Assembly (NCBI GenBank): GCA_964016885.1
Contig: OZ024740.1
Location: 436,356,001-436,420,000 of the forward strand
Length of the DNA: 64,000 nucleotides
Reading direction: 5' to 3'
From: Eledone cirrhosa
Taxonomy: Eukaryota
A program made the translations under genes and the position numbers. Below the pieces are notes generated by a model. That model was given only the letters and a program-made list of their open reading frames with translations, was not told the origin of the DNA and searched no databases. This document shows, piece by piece, positions 41,401 through 53,549 of this stretch (position 1 is its first letter; each line of letters begins with the position of its first letter).

Positions 41401-44400
41401 CATTGTCTCAGATGTGAGAGCAGTGTCTTTGTCTCAGATGTGAGAGCAGTGTCATTGTCTCAGATGTGGGAGCAGTGTCTTTGTCTCAGATGTGAGAGCT
41501 GTGTCTTTGTCTCAGATGTGAGAGCAGTGTCATTGTCTTAGATGTGGGAGCAGTGTCATTGTCTCAGATTTGAGAGCAGTGTCATTGTCTCAGATGTGGG
41601 AGCAGTGTCATTGTCTCAGATGTGGGAGCAGTGTCATTGTCTCAGATGTGGGAGCAGTGTCATTGTCTCAGATGTGAGAGCAGTGTCATTGTCTCAGATG
41701 TTAGAGCAGTGTCATTGTCTCACATTTGAGAGCTGTGTCATTGTCCCAGATGTGAGAGCAGTGTCATTGTCTCAGATGTGGGAGCAGTGTCATTGTCTCA
41801 GATGTGAGAGCAGTGTCATTGTCTCAGATGTGAGAGCAGTGTCATTGTCTCAGATGTGAGAGAAGTGTCATTGTTTCAGATGTGGGAGCAATGTCATTGT
41901 CTCAGATGTGGGAGCAGTGTCATTGTCGCACATGTTAGAGCAGTGTCATTGTCTCAGATGTGGGAGCAGTGTCATTGTCTCAGATGTGAGAGCAGTGTCA
42001 TTGTCACAGATGTGAGAGCAGTGTCATTGTCTCAGATGTGAGAGCAGTGTCATTGTCTCAGATGTGGGAGCAGTGTCATTGTCTCAGATGTGGGAGCAGT
42101 GTCATTGTCTCAGATGTGAGAGCAGTGTCATTGTCTCCGATATGAGAGCAGTGTCGTTGTCTCAGATGTGGGAGCAGTGTCATTGTCACAGATGTGGGAG
42201 CAGTGTCATTGTCTCAGATGTGAGAGCAGTGTCATTGTCTCAGCTGTGAGAGCAGTGTCATGTGTCTCAGATGTGAGAGCAGTGTAATTGTCTCAGATTT
42301 TAGAGCAGTGTCATTGTCTCACATTTGAGAGCAGTGTCATTGTCTCAGATGTGAGAGCAGTGTCATTGTCTCAGATGTGGGAGCAGTGTCATTGTCTCAG
42401 ATGTGAGAGCAGTGTCATTGTCTCAGATGTGAGAGCAGTGTCATTGTCTCAGATGTGAGAGAAGTGTCATTGTCTCAGATGTGGGAGCAGTGTCATTGTC
42501 TCAGATGTAGGAGCAGTGTCATTGTCTCAGATGTTAGAGCAGTGTCATTGTCTCAGATGTGAGAGCAGTGTCATTTTTTCAGATGTGAGAGCAGTATCAT
42601 TGTCTCAGATGTGGGAGCAGTGTCACTGTCTCAAATGTGAGAGCAGTGTCATTGTCTCAGATATGGGAGCAGTGTCATTGTCGCAGATGTGAGAGCAGTG
42701 TCATTGTCTCAAATGTGAGAACAGTGTGATTGTCTCAAATGTGAGAGCAGTGTCATTGTCTCAGATATGGGAGCAGTGTCATTGTCGCAGATGTGAGAGC
42801 AGTGTCATTGTCTAAGATGTGGGAGCAGTGTCATTGTCTCAGATGTGGGAGCAGTGCCATTGTCTCAGATGTGAGAGCAGTGTCATTGTCTCAGATGTGA
42901 CAGCAGTGTCATTGTCTCAGATGTGAGAGCAGTGTCATTGTCTCAGATGTGGGAGCAGTGTCATTGTCTCAGATGTGGGAGCAGTGTCATTGTCTCAGAT
43001 GTGAGAGCAGTGTCATTGTCTCAGATGTGGGAGCAGTGTCATTGTCTCAGATGTGAGAGCAGTGACATTGTCTCAGATGTGACAGCAGTGTCATTGTCTC
43101 AGATGTGAGAGCAGTGTCATTGTCTCAGATGTGGGAGCAGTGTCATTGTCTCAGATGTGGGAGCAGTGTCATTGTCTCAGATGTGAGAGCAGTGTCATTG
43201 TCTCAGAAGTGAGAGCAGTGTCATTGTCTCAGATATGAGAGCAGTGTCATTGTCTCAGATGTGAGAGCAGTGTAATTGTCTCAGATTTGGGAGCAGTGTC
43301 ATTGTCTCAGATGTGAGAGCAGTGTCATTGTCTCAGATGTGGGAGCAGTGTCATTGTCCCAGATGTGAGAGCAGTGTCATTTTCTCAGATGTGGGAGCAG
43401 TGTCATTGTCTCAGATGTGAGAGCAGTGTCATTGTCTCAGATGTGGGAGCAGTGTCATTGTCTCAGATGTGGTAGCAGTGTCATTGTCTCAGATGTGAGA
43501 GCAGTGTCATTGTCTCAGGTGTGAGAGCAGTGTCATTGTCTCAGATGTGAGATAAGTGTCATTGTCTCAGATGTGGGAGCAGTGTCATTGTCTCAGATGT
43601 GAGAGAAGTGTCATTGTTTCAGATGTGGGAGCAATGTCATTGTCTCAGATGTGGGAGCAGTGTCATTGTCGCACATGTTAGAGCAGTGTCATTGTCTCAG
43701 ATGTGGGAGCAGTGTCATTGTCTCAGATGTGAGAGCAGTGTCATTGTCACAGATGTGAGAGCAGTGTCATTGTCTCAGATGTGAGAGCAGTGTCATTGTC
43801 TCAGATGTGGGAGCAGTGTCATTGTCTCAGATGTGGGAGCAGTGTCATTGTCTCAGATGTGAGAGCAGTGTCATTGTCTCCGATATGAGAGCAGTGTCGT
43901 TGTCTCAGATGTGGGAGCAGTGTCATTGTCACAGATGTGGGAGCAGTGTCATTGTCTCAGATGTGAGAGCAGTGTCATGTGTCTCAGATGTGAGAGCAGT
44001 GTAATTGTCTCAGATGTTAGAGCAGTGTCATTGTCTCACATTTGAGAGCAGTGTCATTGTCTCAGATGTGAGAGCAGTGTCATTGTCTCAGATGTGGGAG
44101 CAGTGTCATTGTCTCAGATGTGAGAGCAGTGTCATTGTCTCAGATGTGAGAGCAGTGTCATTGTCTCAGATGTGAGAGAAGTGTCATTGTCTCAGATGTG
44201 GGAGCAGTGTCATTGTCTCAGATGTAGGAGCAGTGTCATTGTCTCAGATGTTAGAGCAGTGTCATTGTCTCAGATGTGAGAGCAGTGTCATTTTTTCAGA
44301 TGTGAGAGCAGTATCATTGTCTCAGATGTGGGAGCAGTGTCACTGTCTCAAATGTGAGAGCAGTGTCATTGTCTCAGATATGGGAGCAGTGTCATTGTCG

Positions 44401-44930
44401 CAGATGTGAGAGCAGTGTCATTGTCTCAAATGTGAGAACAGTGTGATTGTCTCAGATGTGAGAGCAGTGTCATTGTCTAAGATGTGGGAGCAGTGTCATT
44501 GTCTCAGATGTGGGAGCAGTGCCATTGTCTCAGATGTGAGAGCAGTGTCATTGTCTCAGATGTAGGATCAGTGTCATTGTCTCAGATGTGGGAGCAGTGT
44601 CATTGTCTCAGATGTGAGAGCAGTGTCATTGTCTCAGATGTGACAGCAGTGTCATTGTCTCAGATGTGAGAGCAGTGTCATTGTCTCAGATGTGGGAGCA
44701 GTGTCATTGTCTCAGATGTGGGAGCAGTGTCATTGTCTAAGATGTGAGAGCAGTGTCATTGTCTCACATGTGGGAGCAGTGTCATTGTCTCAGATGTGAG
44801 AGCAGTGTCATTGTCTCAGATGTGGGATCAGTGTCATTGTCTCAGATGTGGTAGCAGTGTCATTGTCTCAGATGTGGGAGCAGTGTCATTGTTTCAGATG
44901 TGAGAGCAGTGTCATTGTCTCAGATGTGGG
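32410..44930. repeat. Near-identical tandem duplication, period 6306 bp (242 monomers + 14 bp)
   Basis: ORF pairs from 32602/38908 through 37293/43599 are all offset by 6306, then by 6254 (38230/44484) after a 2-monomer difference. Shared private variants: CTTTGTGTCAG, AGCTGTGTCTTT, GATTTTAGAG. Confidence 0.9.
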
Positions 44931-47900
44931 AGCAGTGTCATTGTCTCAGATGTGAGAGTAGTGTTATTGTATCAGATGTGGGAGCAGTGTCATTGTCTCA
45001 GATGTGGGAGCAGTGTCATTGTCTCAGATGTGGGAGCAGTGTCATTGTCTCAGATGTGGGAGCAGTGTCATTGTCTAAGATGTGAGAGCAGTGTCATTGT
45101 CTCACATGTGGGAGCAGTGTCATTGTCTCAGATGTGAGAGCAGTGTCATTGTCTCAGATGTGGGATCAGTGTCATTGTCTCAGATGTGGTAGCAGTGTCA
45201 TTGTCTCAGATGTGGGAGCAGTGTCATTGTCTCAGATGTGAGAGCAGTGTCATTGTCTAAGATGTGAGAGCAGTGTCATTGTCTCAGATGTGGGAGCAGT
45301 GTCATTGTCTCAGATGTGAGAGTAGTGTCATTGTCTCAGATGTGAGAGCAGTGTCATTGTCTCAGATGTGAGAGCAGTGTCATTGTCTCAGATGTGGTAG
45401 CAGTGTCATTGTCTCAGATGTGAGAGCAGTGTCATTGTCTCAGATGTGGGAGCAGTGTCATTGTCTCAGATGTGAGAGTAGTGTTATTGTATCAGATGTG
45501 GGAGCAGTGTCATTGTCTCAGATGTGGGATCAGTGTCATTGTCTCAGATGTGGGAGCAGTGTCATTGTTTCAGATGTGGGAGCAGTGTCATTGTCTCAGA
45601 TGTGAGAGCAGTGTCATTGTCTCAGATGTGGGAGCAGTGTCATTGTCTCAGATGTCGGTGCAGTGTCATTGTCTCAGATGTGGGAGCAGTGTCATTGTCT
45701 CAGATGTGAGAGCAGTGTCATTGTCTCAGATGTGGGAGCAGTGTCATTGTCTAAGATGTGAGAGCAGTGTCATTGTCTCACATGTGGGAGCAGTGTCATT
45801 GTCTCAGATGTGAGAGCAGTGTCATTGTCTCAGATGTGGGAGCAGTGTCATTGTCTCAGATGTGGTAGCAGTGTCATTGTCTCAGATGTGAGAGCAGTGT
45901 CATTGTCTCAGATGTGTGAACAGTGTCATTGTCTCAGATGTGAGAGTAGTGTTATTGTCTCAGATGTGGGAGCAGTGTCATTGTCTCAGATGTTAGAGCA
46001 GTCAGTGTCATTGTCTCAGATGTGAGAGAAGTGTCTTTGTCTCAGATGTGAGAGCAGTGTCATTGTCTCAGATGTGGGAGCAGTGTCATTGTCTCAGATG
46101 TGAGAGCAGTGTCTTTGTCTCAGATGTGAGAGCAGTGTCATTGTCTTAGATGTGGGAGCAGTGTCATTGTCTCAGATTTGAGAGCAGTGTCATTGTCTCA
46201 GATGTGGGAGCAGTGTCATTGTCTCAGATGTGGGAGCAGTGTCATTGTCTCAGATGTGGGGGCAGTGTCATTGTCTCAGATGTGAGAGCAGTGTAATTGT
46301 CTCAGATGTGAGAACAGTGTCATTGTCTCAGATGTGGGACCAGTGTCATTGTCTCAGATGTGAGAGCAGTGTCATTGTCTCAGATGTGGGTGCAGTGTCA
46401 TTGTCTCAGATGTGGGAGCAGTGTCATTGTCTCAGATGTGAGAGCAGTGTCATTGTCTCAGATGTGGGAGCAGTGTCATTGTCTAAGATGTGAGAGCAGT
46501 GTCATTGTCTCACATGTGGGAGCAGTGTCATTGTCTCAGATGTGAGAGCAGTGTCATTGTCTCGGATGTGGGATCAGTGTCATTGTCTCAGATGTGGTAG
46601 CAGTGTCATTGTCTCAGATGTGGGAGCAGTGTCATTGTCTCATATGTGAGAGCAGTGTCATTGTCTCAGATGTGAGAGCAGTGTCATTGTCTCAGATGTG
46701 GGAGCAGTGTCATTGTCTCAGATGTGAGAGTAGTGTCATTGTCTCAGATGTGAGAGCAGTGTCTTTGTCTCAGATGTGAGAGCAGTGTCATTGTCTTAGA
46801 TGTGGGAGCAGTGTCATTGTCTCAGATTTGAGAGCAGTGTCATTGTCTCAGATGTGGGAGCAGTGTCATTGTCTCAGATGTGGGAGCAGTGTCATTGTCT
46901 ATGATGTGAGAGCAGTGTCATTGTCTCACATGTGGGAGCAGTGTCATTGTCTCAGATGTGAGAGCAGTGTCATTGTCTCAGATGTGGGATCAGTGTCATT
47001 GTCTCAGATGTGGTAGCAGTGTCATTGTCTCAGATGTGGGAGCAGTGTCATTGTCTCAGATGTGAGAGTAGTGTTATTGTATCAGATGTGGGAGCAGTAT
47101 CATTGTCTCAGATGTTTGAGCAGTCAGTGTCATTGTCTCAGATGTGAGAGCAGTGTCTTTGTCTCAGATGTGAGAGCAGTGTCATTGTCTCAGATGTGGG
47201 GGCAGTGTCATTGTCTCAGATGTGAGAGCAGTGTCTTTGTCTCAGATGTGAGAGCAGTGTCTTTGTCTTAGATGTGCGAGCAGTGTCATTGTCTCAGATT
47301 TGAGAGCAGTGTCATTGTCTCAGATGTGGGAGCAGTGTCATTGTCTCATATGTGGGAGCAGTGTCATTGTCTCAGATGTGGGAGCAGTGTTATTGTCTCA
47401 GTTGTGAGAGCAGTGTCATTGTCTCAGATGTGGGAGCAGTGTCATTGTCTCAGATATGGGAGCAGTGAAATTTTCTCAGATGTGAGAGCAGTGTCATTGT
47501 CTCGAATGTGAGAACAGTGTCATTGTCTCAGATGTGTGAGCAGTGTCATTGTCTCAGATGTGGGAGCAGTGTCATTGTCTCAGATGTGAGAGCAGTGTCT
47601 TTGTCTCAGATGTGAGAGCAGTGTCATTGTCTCAGATGTGGGAGCAGTGTCATTGTCTCAGATGTGAGAGCAGTGTCTTTGTCTCAGATGTGAGAGCAGT
47701 GTCATTGTCTTAGATGTGGGAGCAGTGTCATTGTCTCAGATTTGAGTGCAGTGTCATTGTCTCAGATGTGGGAGCAGTGTCGTTGTCTCAGATGTGGGAG
47801 CAGTTTCATTGTCTCAGATGTGGGAGCAGTGTCATTGTCTCAGATGTGGGAGCAGTGTTATTGTCTCAGTTGTGAGAGCAGTGTCATTGTCTCAGATGTG

Positions 47901-50900
47901 GGAGCAGTGTCATTGTCTCAGATATGGGAGCAGTGAAATTTTCTCAGATGTGAGAGCAGTGTCATTGTCTTAGATGTGGGAGCAGTGTCATTGTCTCAGA
48001 TTTGAGAGCAGTGTCATTGTCTCAGATGTGGGAGCAGTGTCATTGTCTCAGATGTGGGAGCAGTGTCATTGTCTCAGATGTGGGAGCAGTGTCATTGTCT
48101 CAGATGTGGGAGCAGTGTTATTGTCTCAGTTGTGAGAGCAGTGTCATTGTCTCAGATGTGGGAGCAGTGTCATTGTCTCAGATATGGGAGCAGTGAAATT
48201 TTCTCAGATGTGAGAGCAGTGTCATTGTCTCGAATGTGAGAACAGTGTCATTGTCTCAGATGTGAGAGCAGTGTCATTGTCTCAGATGTGGGAGCAGTGT
48301 CATTGTCTCAGATGTGAGAGCAGTGTCTTTGTCTCAGATGTGAGAGCAGTGTCATTGTCTCAGATGTGGGAGCAGTGTCTTTGTCTCAGATGTGAGAGCA
48401 GTGTCTTTGTCTCAGATGTGAGAGCAGTGTCATTGTCTTAGATGTGGGAGCAGTGTCATTGTCTCAGATTTGAGAGCAGTGTCATTGTCTCAGATGTGGG
48501 AGCAGTGTCATTGTCTCAGATGTGGGAGCAGTGTCATTGTCTCAGATGTGGGAGCAGTGTCATTGTCTCAGATGTGAGAGCAGTGTCATTGTCTCAGATG
48601 TTAGAGCAGTGTCATTGTCTCACATTTGAGAGCTGTGTCATTGTCCCAGATGTGAGAGCAGTGTCACTGTCTCAGATGTGGGAGCAGTGTCATTGTCTCA
48701 GATGTGAGAGCAGTGTCATTGTCTCAGATGTGAGAGCAGTGTCATTGTCTCAGATGTGAGAGAAGTGTCATTGTTTCAGATGTGGGAGCAATGTCATTGT
48801 CTCAGATGTGGGAGCAGTGTCATTGTCGCACATGTTAGAGCAGTGTCATTGTCTCAGATGTGGGAGCAGTGTCATTGTCTCAGATGTGAGAGCAGTGTCA
48901 TTGTCACAGATGTGAGAGCAGTGTCATTGTCTCAGATGTGAGAGCAGTGTCATTGTCTCAGATGTGGGAGCAGTGTCATTGTCTCAGATGTGGGAGCAGT
49001 GTCATTGTCTCAGATGTGAGAGCAGTGTCATTGTCTCCGATATGAGAGCAGTGTCGTTGTCTCAGATGTGGGAGCAGTGTCATTGTCACAGATGTGGGAG
49101 CAGTGTCATTGTCTCAGATGTGAGAGCAGTGTCATTGTCTCAGCCGTGAGAGCAGTGTCATTGTCTCAGATATGGGAGCAGTGTCATTGTCGCAGATGTG
49201 AGAGCAGTGTCATTGTCTCAAATGTGAGAACAGTGTGATTGTCTCAGATGTGAGAGCAGTGTCATTGTCTAAGATGTGGGAGCAGTGTCATTGTCTCAGA
49301 TGTGGGAGCAGTGTCATTGTCTCAGATGTGAGAGAAGTGTCATGTGTCTCAGATGTTAGAGCAGTGTAATTGTCTCAGATGTTAGAGCAGTGTCATTGTC
49401 TCACATTTGAGAGCAGTGTCATTGTCTCAGATGTGAGAGCAGTGTCATTGTCTCAGATGTGGGAGCAGTGTCATTGTCTCAGATGTGAGAGCAGTGTCAT
49501 TGTCTCAGATGTGAGAGCAGTGTCATTGTCTCAGATGTGAGAGAAGTGTCATTGTCTCAGATGTGGGAGCAGTGTCATTGTCTCAGATGTAGGAGCAGTG
49601 TCATTGTCTCAGATGTTAGAGCAGTGTCATTGTCTCAGATGTGAGAGCAGTGTCATTTTTTCAGATGTGAGAGCAGTATCATTGTCTCAGATGTGGGAGC
49701 AGTGTCACTGTCTCAAATGTGAGAGCAGTGTCATTGTCTCAGATATGGGAGCAGTGTCATTGTCGCAGATGTGAGAGCAGTGTCATTGTCTCAAATGTGA
49801 AAACAGTGTGATTGTCTCAGATGTGAGAGCAGTGTCATTGTCTAAGATGTGGGAGCAGTGTCATTGTCTCAGATGTGGGAGCAGTGCCATTGTCTCAGAT
49901 GTGAGAGCAGTGTCATTGTCTCAGATGTAGGATCAGTGTCATTGTCTCAGATGTGGGAGCAGTGTCATTGTCTCAGATGTGAGAGCAGTGTCATTGTCTC
50001 AGATGTGACAGCAGTGTCATTGTCTCAGATGTGAGAGCAGTGTCATTGTCTCAGATGTGGGAGCAGTGTCATTGTCTCAGATGTGGGAGCAGTGTCATTG
50101 TCTCAGATGTGAGAGCAGTGTCATTGTCTCAGAAGTGAGAGCAGTGTCATTGTCTCAGATATGAGAGCAGTGTCATTGTCTCAGATGTGAGAGCAGTGTA
50201 ATTGTCTCAGATTTGGGAGCAGTGTCATTGTCTCAGATGTGAGAGCAGTGTCATTGTCTCAGATGTGGGAGCAGTGTCATTGTCCCAGATGTGAGAGCAG
50301 TGTCATTTTCTCAGATGTGGGAGCAGTGTCATTGTCTCAGATGTGAGAGCAGTGTCATTGTCTCAGATGTGGGAGCAGTGTCATTGTCTCAGATGTGGTA
50401 GCAGTGTCATTGTCTCAGATGTGAGAGCAGTGTCATTGTCTCAGGTGTGAGAGCAGTGTCATTGTCTCATATGTGAGATAAGTGTCATTGTCTCAGATGT
50501 GGCAGCAGTCTCATTGTCTCAGATGTGAGAGCAGTGTCATTGTCTCAGATGTGGTAGCAGTGTCATTGTCTCAGATTTGAGAGCAGTGTCATTGTCTCAG
50601 ATTTGAGAGCAGTGTCATTGTCTCAGATGTGAGAGCAGTGTCATTGTCTCAGATGTGAGAGCAGTGTCATTGTCTCAGATGTGGGAGCGGTGTCTTTGTC
50701 TCAGATTTGAGAGCAGTGTCATTGTCTTAGATGTGGGAGCAGTGTCATTGTCTCAGATGTGGGAACAGTGTCATTGTCTCAGATGTGGTAGCAGTGTCAT
50801 TGTCTCAGATGTGAGAGCAGTGTCATTGTCTCAGATGTGGGAGCAGTGTCATTGTCTCAGATGTGGTAGCAGTGTCATTGTCTCAGGTGTGACAGCAGTA

Positions 50901-53549
50901 TCATTGTCTCAGATGTGAGATAAGTCTCATTGTCTCAGATGTGGGAGCAGTGTCATTGTCTCAGATATGAGAGGAGTGTCATTGTCTCAGATTTAAGAGC
51001 ACTGTCATTGTCTCAGATGTGAGAGCAGTGTCATTGTCTCAGATGTGAGAGCAGTGTCATTGTCTCAGATGTGAGAGAAGTGTCATTGTCTCAGATGTGG
51101 GAGCAGTGTCATTGTCTCAGATGTGGTAGCAGTGTCATTGTCTCAGATGTGAGAGCAGTGTCATTGTCTCAGATGTGAGAGCAGTGTCATTGTCTCAGAT
51201 GTGAGAGAAGTGTCATTTTCTCAGATGTGGGAGCAGTGTCATTGTCTCAGATGTGAGAGCAGTGTCATTGTCTCACATGTGGCAGCAGTGTCATTGTCTC
51301 AGATGTTAGAACAGTGTCATTTTTTCAGATGTGAGAGCAGTGTCATTGTCTCAGATGTGGGAGCAGTGTCATTGTCTCAGATGTGAGACCAGTGTCATTG
51401 TCTCAGATGTGAGAGCAGTGTCATTGTCTCAGATGTGGTAGCAGTGTCATTGTCTCAGATGTTAGAACAGTGTCATTTTTTCAGATGTGAGAGCAGTGTC
51501 ATTGTCTCAGATGTGGGAGCAGTGTCATTGTCTCAGATGTGAGACCAGTGTCATTGTCTCAGATGTGAGAGCAGTGTCATTGTCTCAGATATGGGAGCAG
51601 TGTCATTGTCTCAGATGTGAGAGCAGTGTCATTGTCTCAAATGTGAGAACAGTGTCATTGTCTCAGATGTGGGAGCAGTGTCATTGTCTCAGATGTGAGA
51701 GCAGTGTCTTTGTCTCAGATGTGAGAGCAGTGACATTGTCTCAGATGTTGGAGAAGTGTCATTGTCTCAGATGTGGGAGCAGTGTCATCGTCTCAGATGT
51801 GAGAGCAGTGTCATTGTCTCAGATGTAGGAGCAGTGTCATTGTCCCAGATGTGAGAGCAGTGTCATTTTCTCAGATGTGGGAGCAGTGTCATTGTCTCAG
51901 ATGTGAGAGCAGTGTCATTGTCTCAGATGTGGGAGCAGTGTCATTGTCTCCGATGTGGTAGCAGTGTCATTCTCTCAGATGTGAGAGCAGTGTCATTGTC
52001 TCAGGTGTGAGAGCAGTGTCATTGTCTCAGATGTGAGATAAGTGTCATTGTCTCAGATGTGGGAGCAGTGTCATTGTCTCAGATGTGAGAGCAGTGTCAT
52101 TGTCTCAGATATGAGAGCAGTGTACTGTCGCAGATGTGGGAGCAGTCTCATTGTCTCAGATGTGAGAGCAGTGTCATTGTCTCAGATGTTAGAGCAGTGT
52201 CATTGTCTCAGATTTGAGAGCAGTGTCATTGTCTCAGATTTGAGAGCAGTGTCATTGTCTCAGATGTGAGAGCAGTGTCATTGTCTCAGATGTGAGAGCA
52301 GTGTCATTGTCTCAGATGTGGGAGCGGTGTCTTTGTCTCAGATTTGAGAGCAGTGTCATTGTCTTAGATGTGGGAGCAGTGTCATTGTCTCAGATGTGGG
52401 AACAGTGTCATTGTCTCAGATGTGGTAGCAGTGTCATTGTCTCAGATGTGAGAGCAGTGTAATTGTCTCAGATGTGGGAGCAGTGTCATTGTCTCAGATG
52501 TGGTAGCAGTGTCATTGTCTCAGATGTGAGAGCAGTGTCATTGTCTCAGGTGTGACAGCAGTGTCATTGTCTCAGATGTGAGATAAGTGTTATTGTCTCA
52601 GATGTGGGAGCAGTGTCATTGTCTCAGATATGAGAGGAGTGTCATTGTCTCAGATTTAAGAGCACTGTCATTGTCTCAGATGTGAGAGCAGTGTCATTGT
52701 CTCAGATGTGAGAGCAGTGTCATTGTCTCAGATGTGAGAGAAGTGTCATTGTCTCAGATGTGGGAGCAGTGTCATTGTCTCAGATGTGGTAGCAGTGTCA
52801 TTGTCTCAGATGTGAGAGCAGTGTCATTGTCTCAGATGTGAGAGCAGTGTCATTGTCTCAGATGTGAGAGAAGTGTCATTTTCTCAGATGTGGGAGCAGT
52901 GTCATTGTCTCAGATGTGAGAGCAGTGTCATTGTCTCACATGTGGCAGCAGTGTCATTGTCTCAGATGTGGTAGCAGTGTCATTGTCTCAGATGTTAGAA
53001 CAGTGTCATTTTTTCAGATGTGAGAGCAGTGTCATTGTCTCAGATGTGGGAGCAGTGTCATTGTCTCAGATGTGAGACCAGTGTCATTGTCTCAGATGTG
53101 AGAGCAGTGTCATTGTCTCAGATATGGGAGCAGTGTCATTGTCTCAGATGTGAGAGCAGTGTCATTGTCTCAAATGTGAGAACAGTGTCATTGTCTCAGA
53201 TGTGGGAGCAGTGTCATTGTCTCAGATGTGAGACCAGTGTCATTGTCTCAGATGTGAGAGCAGTGTCATTGTCTCAGATATGGGAGCAGTGTCATTGTCT
53301 CAGATGTGAGAGCAGTGTCATTGTCTCAAATGTGAGAACAGTGTCATTGTCTCAGATGTGGGAGCAGTGTCTTTGTCTCAGATGTGAGAGCAGTGACATT
53401 GTCTCAGATGTGGGAGAAGTGTCATTGTCTCAGATGTGGGAGCAGTGTCATCGTCTCAGATGTGAGAACAGTGTCATTGTCTCAGATGTAGGAGCAGTGT
53501 CATTGACTCAGATGTGGGTGCAGTGTCATTGTCTCAGATGTGAGAGCAG

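Larger units (their letters stand above)
19500..50450. repeat. Satellite subfamily domain B
   Basis: Diagnostic variants: GTCTAAGATG (first ~20042, last ~49841), GGGATCAG, GGGTGCAG, GAGTAGTGTTATTGTATCAG, GTGAAATTTTCTC, CTCGAATGTGAGAAC, GTCATGTGTC (+1 bp), CTCCGATATG..GTCGTTG. Runs of consecutive G-type monomers are more frequent. Boundaries approximate. Confidence 0.75.
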
